DNA from: Phoronis australis
Lineage: Eukaryota > Animalia > Phoronida
Direction: 5' to 3'
Length of the DNA stretch: 45,438 nt
Assembly (NCBI GenBank): GCA_002633005.1
Contig: NMRA01001093.1
Span: 11,981 to 57,418, forward strand
Shown piece after piece: positions 13,201 through 25,200 of this stretch (its first letter is position 1; every line of letters begins with the position of its first letter). The notes under the pieces are model-generated. The model made no database searches. It worked only from the letters and a program-made list of their open reading frames with translations, and was not told the origin of the DNA. The position numbers were made by a program, and so were the translations under genes.

Positions 13201-16200
13201 TGCTGGCGCTTTTTATTGCCCATCTTTCCAGAGAATATTATTTTATCTTTATGTTATTTGTACACTCATATTTCTGTACCTTATCAGTCATAATAAATGA
13301 CCTTACATCCCCTATACAGGGTCTCCTTTGTATCTCTGGAAACGGACCTTGCGACGCACCTATTATTTTCGGAACATATTCCGAACATAAATATTGTGTT
13401 CCCTCTGCACTTCCTAGCACTAGAGACATGATATATATTGTGTTCACTCCACACTTCCTAACACTAGAGACATGGTATATATTGCGTTCCCTCTACACTT
13501 CCTAATACTAGAGACATGGTATATATTGTGTTCACTCCATACTTCCTAACACTAGCTTCCAGTGGACTCATCTTCCAAAGTTCATTTAAATATTTTGGTG
13601 TCAGTGAATGTAGGCCAGAATCATTACACTACCAAAGAACAGTAGACAATGTATAACGGAAAGAGGACGGAGAAACGTTCATCATTGCATAGTATGGGAA
13701 ATGAAGCATATGACCTTAACTTTTTAGCTTTATTTCTTATAAATCCTCAGAATTCATCCAAGGTGACAAACAAGTGAAATCAATATGCATCTTTTCGAAA
13801 ACCTAATCTGATAAAATGATGCCATAACAAAGCCTCAATGATAGTCATGTGTTGCGATAAAGAACAACAAAGAGTCCAGGAATGGTCCAACATTGATATT
13901 ACCTTGAGTTGCGACAGAAAACAACATACAGTCCAGGAAAGGTCGAACACTGATGTTAACATGTGTTGCAAGAGATAACAGCATACTGTCCAGGATTGGT
14001 CAAGCACTGATATTACCATGTGTTGCAAAACAAAAAAACATACTGTCTTGTAATGGTCAAACACTGATATCATGTGTTACGATAGACAACAACATACAGT
14101 CCAGAAATGGTCGAACAGTAATATTACCATGTGTTGTGACAGAGAACAACATACAGCCCAGAAATGGTGGAGCAGTGATATTACTAGTATGTGTTGTGAT
14201 AAAGAACAACTTACTGTCCAGGAACAGTCTAACACTGACATTACCATGTGTTATGATACAGAACAACATGACTGCACAGGTATGCTCAATTTGAGAGTCT
14301 GGTATTATCAAGGGTGTTGTAGCCACTGCCAACGTAGCACAAGTTCCATCCACACTCCAACTTACCATATGAACTGCTTGAATAGACAAGAAATTCTGAC
14401 TGAAGAGATCCCCAGTAATTTCTATTATACATGTTAATCCAAAGCGCTCCTCCAGTTGACTGATAGATTCTCTTTATGCCGTTGTTGGAAAACTTGGAGG
14501 AGAGTAACTCTGATTTACTTGAATTTCCATCACGTACTTCCATGTGCATGGCAGCTACTCTATCGCTTATTTCCAGGAACACCTCATCACCCGCATTTTT
14601 TGCCTTGAAAACCTACACAAAAGAGTATTGAATGCTACTAAAATCTCAGGAATAACGGTGGGGTGTGACACAGCAAAGTTGGGACACCCACCATTTAGAG
14701 AGTCAGTATAAGGACAAACCCAATAAGAGAGTCACATAATAAGTGCAAGTCTAAAGTACGTACCCACTGGAACAGTTAGCATGATGCACAGCATGAGAGA
14801 ATCGTCCAAAAATTGTTCTTTTAAGTTGACTTTCCCTCTGTTACACCAACATATTAGCCAAGTTTTGTGAAGATACCTTGATATACTTGACAGATATAAA
14901 ATTAAACACAAAACCTAAAACTGCCACTAGGGAGCACCGGAGTACAGGGGATTTCTGAAAGAGCCCCCGAACAACATAAAGTCCTGTGGAGCTCTTTCTG
15001 AAACCTTGAGAGCCTCCACGTGGGTCATTTTGGGATAGTTTTGCATATCAGGTATGGGACAATGGTGTGGAAAATATGGCAGTGTCATTATCGAGTAGAA
15101 GTACTCGATCTAAATTGATACAAAATGGGTTGTTTTTTGGGTGGTATACTCCTTTAAAGTAAAAAATCACATATTCTATTCCCTTTTCATCTTCACATGT
15201 ATTTACAGTCCCAAATTATAGAAATCCAATTTTAATAACGCCACGTGAAAGTCCGCAGCTAAAATGGAAATTAGTTCAATATTCTATTGTCCCACTTGTT
15301 GACAACCTCGTCAACTTTTACTGCACGCGGAGCCACCACTTCAACCAAATTAAATCGCTCAGAGAATTATGTATTTTCGCATTCAGAATGAAAGATTGTG
15401 GTCTCCAAAAGCATAGTGGACCTAAGCTACCAGTACACCATGTCAAACCCATTATTACATACTAATAAGCATTCATCCAAAATTCACCATTTTTACCCTC
15501 CCCCTACCACCGCCTTTGTCATCACCTACCCTTGTCCAGCCTCTAATCAGTACGTCATCACAAGAAAACCCCAGTTTTTGAAAGAACCGACAGTTCCTTG
15601 GGAGATTCCGTCTTCATGATTCTGACAAAAATCTTTTTACAATCAAAATTGCTTTTGCTGTATTCAGTAATGAAATGTAGTACATCCTTTCAACTATCTA
15701 ACTGTATAATGATATAGTCTAACAAGTCACGACTTTATGATGCCACGGTGAGTCTAACCCCCTTCACCTGTCATAAATCGCCATCTTTCCACCCCCTCCC
15801 GCTGGAGTGATGACATAGCTAAAAAGTTTTTGATATCAGGTGATATTGATATGTTTAAAATTATTCTCATCTAACTCTTTGTAGGAGAGAATCTGTGTGA
15901 TCATTCTAGATGGGTACTGGAGCTGTGAAAGGCCATGCCTGTGAGTTTTGCTCTAGAAACTTCACTGCCACTAAAAAATCGGTAAGTTATCATTGGAAAA
16001 GCTTACATAAACACCTTACATAGCTGTTTTTGTCAGTGAGCAATGTCTGGAACAAAACCCAGATTTGACGATTCCATGGCTGCACTGAAATGACACAACA
16101 TGGCCGATATATGAAATTTTAATCATTGATTTCTGTAAAAAATATGGGACAATGATGTGGAAAATATGGCAGTGTCATTATTTTTTCAACTTTTTAACTG

Positions 16201-19200
16201 AAGCATCTTCAAAGCCTGGATAAGTTCAAAACTGGTGTGACACATTCTTTCTTCAACAGAGACACATTCATTTCATGAGGATCACTCAAGCATTTTGGTA
16301 GATGCCTGCAGACTTTGGATGTCTACATATGATAGCAATATGAGGGAAAGGTGAATGTACCTTGTTTTTTCTGATGAGAGGAAATGTATCCCACTCAGCA
16401 TCAATTCCAATCCCACCATGTCACCCCAACTGATTCCAACCCCATCCCGCCGCCACCACCAATTCCAACCTCCAGCCTGCACTCAATTCTACCACCACGA
16501 ACCCATTGGTCTACACTCAATTCTACCACCACCAACCCACTGGTCCCGTCACCAATTCAGTGATTTTATCACATCACTAGAGCTGTTGTCAACTTTTCAA
16601 ATGATTTGTGGGATGGCTGTCAGCTTGTAAGCATCCAGTGAAATCACAGACATCTTGAGGACGTGTGACCCGACTAATAATTTAATTGCATCTCAGACAG
16701 CGACATTAAACGTGAGCACAATTGGATGGCACACACCTAAAGAATGTTTCAAGTAAAAGATTCACTAAGCGATACATTTTGAGGTTCACTTTAAATCTTT
16801 TATTTTTGATCAAAGGTTGTTTAGTCATCAGACGTTTATGAGCCACCAATTGGCCCACAATGCACTTGAAAAGCGACAGCGGCACACTGAAAAAAATCCC
16901 CAGCTTCCACACCCCAAGTCGCAGTCACTTACTGGTCACTGCTTAATGTATTCAAAATATTTTGTGCTGCCTTCAAAGCCCTATTCTTGGGACTGCACAA
17001 GTCTAAGTAGTAGGGTGAAAAGTAGTGAACTGAGGAATTCCATAAACGACTTAATTCTATACTGAATACCATGTGACCACCCACCTACACTTCCAATAAA
17101 CTAGTCCATATTCTGTTCTCCACAACAAAGCATGACTATGCAGTGTGGGCGTTTTAGATAATAATACATTCCAATGCTAATAGATCGCACAAGTCGAAAG
17201 AGATCCTGGAGAGGTGGGGAAATAGTGACAGGAGTAATCAATGTCTTTCAAACGAAACTAAGGCTGATATTCGACACCTGAATTGAGGGGTCCGATATCC
17301 ACTCACATATACATTGATGTGGGTGACTAAAAATCTCAGCAATGCATTTGTCTTTTTTGGACCTGACCCGACTTTGGCGACATATATAGTCTATGTTAAT
17401 TAGACAATACCCCAGACAACACAAATGCTCATACAGGGCAATAAGTAACTAGATCAACTTTTAATTTGCAATATTTTCATGCACCTGCGACCACCATACT
17501 TTAGTTGAAAAATTACTTGAAAATGGACCAAATATGTGGCACGCGTCAAGTAAACAACTGCTTTCACACGAATCGCGACGTGTTTCAAGTAAAGTTTGGT
17601 GGTCACGGCCCAGTAATACAAACCTGAGTGCAGTTTCGTTGCCACTGAAACCAAGCAAGACGGGTGGCTCCATCTAGAGTTGTGTTCTGAAGGCTACAGA
17701 ACCCGACAGGTTTCGCAGCTGTTGGGTGCATGTGAGTTATGACCAGACCAGACAAACGGCTGTTGGTGATGATAACATTCTGTAGTTTCAGATCAGTGAC
17801 AGGGGAGAAAATGCTGAGACCATCAGCTGGGCTGTTTCTTATCGTGAAACCATCAATATCCCTTGAGGCAGGGTCAAGCAAATTCACTGAACCTAGGAAC
17901 AGTAATTAAAATTGAAATATCTCACAAATATACGAGGCAAATTTCGATCATGGTACTTCTATCAATGGAAAATACGGAAAGATAACCAAGAAATAAAACT
18001 GATGGCTTCGATTTCTTTTAGTTTTATTTTTTACTAATTCTCAAAATTGTATCCAAGGTACATATCCATCTGCTCTTTACATCTTCATTAGCTTAATTGT
18101 ATGTCTTCGCTAGCTTAATTGTATGTCTTTGTTAGCTTAATAGCACCTAATGAAGCAAAAACTCAGCCTCAGGCAAATTCTGGAAAGCACAGAAACCACA
18201 AAAAAAGCTACTGACATGGTCAAATAAGGCCTTTTAACTTTATGTGGTCTGAAAAGAGATTTGACTACTGGCAATCTATTCAAAAATAATTTCAGTATTC
18301 ACATAAGCCTTATTTAATATGAAGTGCTAAAAACTCTGTACATGGCAATTCAAATTTGCTTATATTGTATGATGGACATTTGTGCCTGAAGGTTCCATTT
18401 TTGTTATGACCAGTAATACAGAGAACGGAGAAATTCAGTGAGAAAGGGTTGATACGGCAGAGAACGGAGACGAATCTCAGAGAGAACAGGGTTGGTACTA
18501 AGGAGAACAGAGAATTTTAATGAGAATACTTGGTACTAAAGAGATCAGAGAAGAACTCAAATCAGAGGAAAAAACTCATAGCTATAAACATCAAGCACAA
18601 CACACAAAAGTGACAACACCAATTAGATCCAGGCATTCCTAATAACAACAATTCAAAAAACCTAAACTATGTGAAACATTAACTCAATTCCCTTTAAAAA
18701 GTTTATGTGTCTTAGAATTCAACATACTATAATAAGAGTTTATTTGCATTGCAATGAAGAACATTCACAATGCCTTAGATGATCGGCTGGCTCAACCTTC
18801 TAAATTTAACAAATGATTAATTCCACAGTAAAATCAACATAGAACAAGAGCAAGGCTGGGGCGTTCACCTGCACCCACGGTACATCGCATACGAAGTTTT
18901 TAAGAGTCTTAGGAAGTGCTGTGTCAACTTAATTGGTTCTTTAGATATCATCCAGAAAAAACTCTTCCCTCAAACAAAACTTCAAAAACAAAATGGCCAC
19001 CAGGAGGTGTTACAGTGGTCAAATTTGCCTGAAAAATTAATGGAGCTGTCGAATTGTCATCACAAACCTCTGTAATATTCACTTTCATTGAAATCCTCCA
19101 CTTGGTTCTCTAAATATCATACGGAACGCTCTCATACAAAATGGCCACCAGGAGGCACTGTAGTTGTCGAATCCACCCCAAAAATCAAAGCACGCCGGCA

Positions 19201-22200
19201 CAATATCATAATATACCTCTGCGTCCAGTTTCAATGAAATATGTCAAATGGTTCTTTAGATATTGTCCAGAAATGCTCTTCCCCCACACAACACTTCAAA
19301 AACCCATGTCAAAAACAATATGGCCACAAGGAGATGCTACAAAGGTCAAATCAGTCCAAAAATTCAATGGTGCTGTCGCATTGTCAGTAGAAACCTCTGT
19401 GCCAAATTTCATTGAATTCCACCACTTGGTTCTCTACATATCATTCGGAAACGCTCTTACACAAAATGGCCACTAGGAGCAACTGCAGTTGTCGAATCTG
19501 CCCGAAAATCAAATGGTGTCCACACAATCTCATGATATACCCATGTCAAGTTAATGGCACGGGCACATTGATATTACGCACCAGCAATGCTCTTTCAATG
19601 ACTTTGTTATAATCACAGAGTAATAACAAAGGAGCTTAATATTCGTGAGGCTCTTCACATCAGTTGGTGCAAGCCCAATCTCAATAGGCAACTGGCACAC
19701 CACAGGTTGTCATTGTTGGTCTAGTTTATTGTCACTCCCTGTAACTGACTGTGTCTGTGTTTCAGCACTTGTTGCAGGGCCTAGCTAGGTGGCCACTATG
19801 TTATCTCTTCTGATGATGGTGTTTAAATAAATGACACCGAAAAAAGTCGAACCATTTTAAAACCATTGTTGTTTTTACTTATATAATTATTAAGTAAAAA
19901 ATGAGTAAAAATACACAATAATGCCTGTGCTCCATCTTCGGGAGATGTACATAAACGGTCATTGATTTTTAAACATAACATATAACTGTGTTGTTATAAA
20001 CCAGAGTGTTTGTCATACCATGGGACCTAAAGTTAAGTCTCAAAAGATTTTTGACTGGCCCACACTCAAATCTGAACCTTTTGTTTAATATAAATTCATG
20101 ATGAAATCTCAAGAATGCTGAGCGCTAGTTTTATAAATTTTCATTTTGTTTTCATTTTATGTATTATCATTTTTGATAGGTACTTGTGCAAAAGTGGACC
20201 ATCACAAAAACAAATCCTAACAGAGTTTTGGGGAAAAGTGCATAAAACACAATATCTGAAAGTTTCCAATTTGCAGCTTCAAAGACATGATGTTCAAAAG
20301 TTGGCCAAATTACGACATTTCTTTAGGGTTGTACATAACCTAAAGCAGCAAGCATGGAAAGCAAGCACAGCTTAAGCTTAGCTGAAGCAATGCAATGACA
20401 TGTTCCAACACTTACCATTGACCACAGTAATATGGTTCAATTTGAACGCTTCCCGGATGGACAGGATACCAACATTAAGAAACTGAATGTAACTGAAAAC
20501 TGATCCGCTCCCTTCAATTGACAGTGACTTGCTGGCAGTTTTAAAAACAAAGTCAATCTTCTCAGTCGGTGATCCTTGGGCTACAATCTTTCCCGTTACT
20601 TTTAAGCGGTAATTTGCAGGAAACATAAGCTGCACGCCTGGATCAATCATCAAGACTTCAGTTGACAAAATGTGTGTTGTGAACTCATTTTGATGTTCGT
20701 TCTGTAAAAGTACGTAATTCCATGTTTATTGTTTTACATCTTGTTTTTCATGCTCACAGATTGTAGTTTACAACCCATTTCACAGAAGACGAAATCTAAA
20801 CACCAACATTCCACTATGGCAATGGTAGAACTTGTATTGTCAAATCAGAACATTAGAAACTCATTCCGTTTCACAGCATCCTATATGTTGTCAATAGCTA
20901 GGTCCTAGAGTAGGTCATAGTGTTACTGAACGCACGGCGTGCGTTCAGTAACGCTAAGACATCTCTAGGACCCAGCTAAAATCCAGTCAAAGTCATGTGT
21001 TCTGATTTAAAATACACGGCAATGTTTTTAGTGAGGTCATAGCATTACTGAATGGGATGCTGGAAAAATTAGCAAGTTTTACTTCCGGCACCTACGTCAT
21101 CTGCTAATGAAAGTACTCACAATACCAACAGTTCTATTGCCTCGCACTGACAAAGTCACGTTTTTATGAATACCTTTTGCGCATAGAGGGACACCTTCGA
21201 AGGCCATCGATGTATATAATTCCTTCCAATTCTAAGAAATACTCCCGTTATCAAACTTTTCCCTCAAACAGTCCCTCGTTCAGTTCCCAAAATCAGTAAC
21301 TCACCATTTTCACTCTGCGCACACTAGGGGATATGTCATACGCAGTGTTAAAAATGGCTGAGTTACCGATTTTGAGAACTGAATGAGGGACTGCTCAAAG
21401 AAAAAGTTTGATAACAGGGGTATTTTTACGAGTTGGAAGGAATTAAATACATCGGCAGCCTCCTAAGGTGTCCCTCTATGCGCAAAAGGTATGTATTTAT
21501 TACATTATTATGACTTTGATGTTTTAGTCAGTGCGATGCATAATTTGCCGAAGTTTCCAGTGTATGAAGCGCCTACAGAGGCGGATCTACAGCGGGGGAG
21601 GGGGGTCAGGGGGTTCAAACCCCCCCTCGCGACAAGATCAAAAATAAAAATTGAAAAAAAATTGCCAGAAAAACGAAATCAGCTACTAAAAAACACAACA
21701 AATCGCTATGCGCCTCAGATTCACTACTCGGGTATGTAGCATAAACAGGTTCATGTGCTACCTAAAACAGGTGCCAGATTCAGGACGATACGAACGAGGT
21801 CAAAGCAAAATATAGTAACCACGGTAACATGTCATCTCGCGCCTCTCGGTCTGGGTCAGACCACAGGCACAGGCAGGTCTGGCCATTTGCACCGTGAGCG
21901 TGATAAAGCCGACTGTCCAGTTGCTTTCTTGCCATCCGTGAATTAGTGGTACTTTCGATGCACGTAATCCTTATCTTAGAAAAAAATAACACCATAGTTT
22001 ATCGTAGATTAAGTTTTTAGTCTGCTCAGCACGGCATGTGAAAATGTCGCCGGTGTCTTTTTTAATTATCTTTGGTTACAAAGAGCCATTTTATTATGGA
22101 GCGCCATCTGCTATTTCATTAGCCACGAAACAGGATTGTCCATAGATAGCCACAGTTTTTGTTATTTGCATATTTAGGACAAAAAAGCATCAACCGTTAT

Positions 22201-25200
22201 TCTCAGGTAACTGTTTCGGTACACATTGTGATTCTTGATTTTATCAATTAAAAGACTGATTTAATACATCATCAAGAACCAGTGTTTTAGAAGTTTGTTG
22301 GCAGATAGGATACCTAGGCCTTAGCGATAATAAATGGGATAAAATTAAAGAACTGTAAATAAGAAGTAGTGCATGGGTTGGAATGTAGTGTGTCAAAGTA
22401 TATAACAAGCCGTTTGTTTTTGACATGCTATTGGAAATTTCGGTAGCATGTTTTGTCCAGGAATGTGTTATAGAAATAAGTTCCCATAAACTTATTTTAA
22501 TAAATTAAAATCATTTATATCCTTGGAGCTAATCAGGGGCGGATCTACGTTTTCAGTAAGGGGGGGGGGTTTAGGATTCCCGCAAAGGTCGAATCCGAGG
22601 CACGTGGCGCCGAGAGGGGGGAGGTCGGGAGGAGGGTTTCCCCCTCCGTGTAACACCATTTTTTTGTTTTTGTAGCCAAATAGTGAAATTTCCATGCATC
22701 CTGGTAAGTTTCTGGCACTAATAACATGTCTCTTGAGTTTTTCTTAAGATAATTTAAAACCCTTCTCGATTTCGCCGCATGAACGTGGCTCACAAGTTTC
22801 GTGAAACCATATTTGTGCACATCTGGGTATGAATCACGCCACCAGCAAAAATTTTTGTTGGAACATCTGCTTATACACACCTTTTTAGCATACAAAAAGT
22901 CGTATATGAAAAAGTGTGGTATGTGTGGGGGGTTAGACAACTACCAAATATTCAAGAGCATAAGGAGCACCCGACGGGGAGTAAAACATTGAATATCAGA
23001 TGATCGCGTAACAGCAGCCTCAAGTTGTTTAAGAACGAAGACCTGTACTGTTAGTCTGGAAATAAACATGTGTTCTGTCTAATTATGAGAAAAACNNNNN
23101 NNNNNNNNNNNNNNNNNNNNNNNNNNNNNNNNNNNNNNNNNNNNNNNNNNNNNNNNNNNNNNNNNNNNNNNNNNNNNNNNNNNNNNNNNNNNNNNNNNNN
23201 NNNNNNNNNNNNNNNNNNNNNNNNNNNNNNNNNNNNNNNNNNNNNNNNNNNNNNNNNNNNNNNNNNNNNNNNNNNNNNNNNNNNNNNNNNNNNNNNNNNN
23301 NNNNNNNNNNNNNNNNNNNNNNNNNNNNNNNNNNNNNNNNNNNNNNNNNNNNNNNNNNNNNNNNNNNNNNNNNNNNNNNNNNNNNNNNNNNNNNNNNNNN
23401 NNNNNNNNNNNNNNNNNNNNNNNNNNNNNNNNNNNNNNNNNNNNNNNNNNNNNNNNNNNNNNNNNNNNNNNNNNNNNNNNNNNNNNNNNNNNNNNNNNNN
23501 NNNNNNNNNNNNNNNNNNNNNNNNNNNNNNNNNNNNNNNNNNNNNNNNNNNNNNNNNNNNNNNNNNNNNNNNNNNNNNNNNNNNNNNNNNNNNNNNNNNN
23601 NNNNNNNNNNNNNNNNNNNNNNNNNNNNNNNNNNNNNNNNNNNNNNNNNNNNNNNNNNNNNNNNNNNNNNNNNNNNNNNNNNNNNNNNNNNNNNNNNNNN
23701 NNNNNNNNNNNNNNNNNNNNNNNNNNNNNNNNNNNNNNNNNNNNNNNNNNNNNNNNNNNNNNNNNNNNNNNNNNNNNNNNNNNNNNNNNNNNNNNNNNNN
23801 NNNNNNNNNNNNNNNNNNNNNNNNNNNNNNNNNNNNNNNNNNNNNNNNNNNNNNNNNNNNNNNNNNNNNNNNNNNNNNNNNNNNNNNNNNNNNNNNNNNN
23901 NNNNNNNNNNNNNNNNNNNNNNNNNNNNNNNNNNNNNNNNNNNNNNNNNNNNNNNNNNNNNNNNNNNNNNNATGACACGGCATGACAGATGAGGTAAAAA
24001 CGTTGCACGTCAATTCGCCTGAATATCAGGGTTGGGGCACCACAGTATTTCCCTAATCAAATCAAAACATATCTTAGAGTAAAGAAGCTAGTTATCTAAA
24101 GAAATCAGCTATAGAGCTGCTCTTTCAGCGGTGGATCCATCTAAAATGCTTGGCTACTTCAGAAGTGTCGTCGGAAGCGCGCGCACAATTGATCTCCGGG
24201 GTTTTGTCGATGAGCCACGAAGACTCGAAACGCGTTGATTTTCATAACAGCAATTCACAATGCAAAAAATATATTTTCAGAGTGAACCCCCCCTCATTTT
24301 TTTCCAGGTTGGTTTACTTGGGGTTTACACACGCTGGCGGTGCCGGCGTTTTTGTTTTGCTGGAGACGTTTTTGTTTTGTTTTTTGTTTTTTTAATTTTT
24401 GGGTCCTGGCCCGAGGGGGGGGGTTTAAACCCCCTGAACCCCCCCCGTAGATCCGCCACTGAGCTTTTTTAGTCATTTTTTGTCATTTATGCTTTTTTGG
24501 CGATAATGAAAAAGCATATATTTAGATTTTACGACGATCAACAAGTGTGTAGATAGATATTTTACTATTTGTTATTTACAAGGTAAATCTGAAGCTTTAT
24601 GCAGGCCATTAAGAAACTGGGTCGTTCGTTGTGGTTCAGTGGACAATGCTTCTTTATATCAACGGGAAAACTGGTGTCGCCGTCCGCCCTTGTTATCAAG
24701 CTTTTTTACCCATAAGTTCGTATTAGCCATGACTTCAAGGCATTAACAGTGACTGAAAAGTTAAGGACAGAAACTGGGCATTTTTATCGTATTAGCTTCT
24801 GAAATTGAATTCCTCTTGAAAAGTTAGTGTACAACCCGTTTTCGCGCAAGGAGTACAAAAATGTTGTGCAAAACGCTGTGTTGGGTATTTATTTCTTGAC
24901 AGCTGTTTTTTGTTGATGCGTATCTACATTAATGTATTAATTCAGCGCGATAGATAATTGACGTTTGCGTCGTGGCAGCGTGCATAAGACTGAGCCTGAC
25001 GGATTAGCAAAACCAAGATGGATATCAGGCCTCAGTAAACCGGCGATGGTCTGAGAGACGGATTAAATGGGAATTATTTTAACGAGTACAAAACGTGTAT
25101 CATAAAACATGCGCGCACCCAGCCTTCAATATGTGGGGCTCGAATTCCTGACGTCGTCGGCCTTTTGCTAACCAAAGAGCGGGCGGACTAATAAAAAAGG

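Noticed and set aside
13780-14437. Cys-rich repetitive ORFs (MCCDREQHT...) on both strands
   Set aside because: By-product of a 57-bp (19-codon) minisatellite inside an intron; the array has indels and no splice or start support.
22492-22992. Duplicated ORFs (MSNPPH..., MKPYLC...) also at 36581-37071
   Set aside because: They lie in the subterminal arms of the hAT copies and the frames differ between copies.
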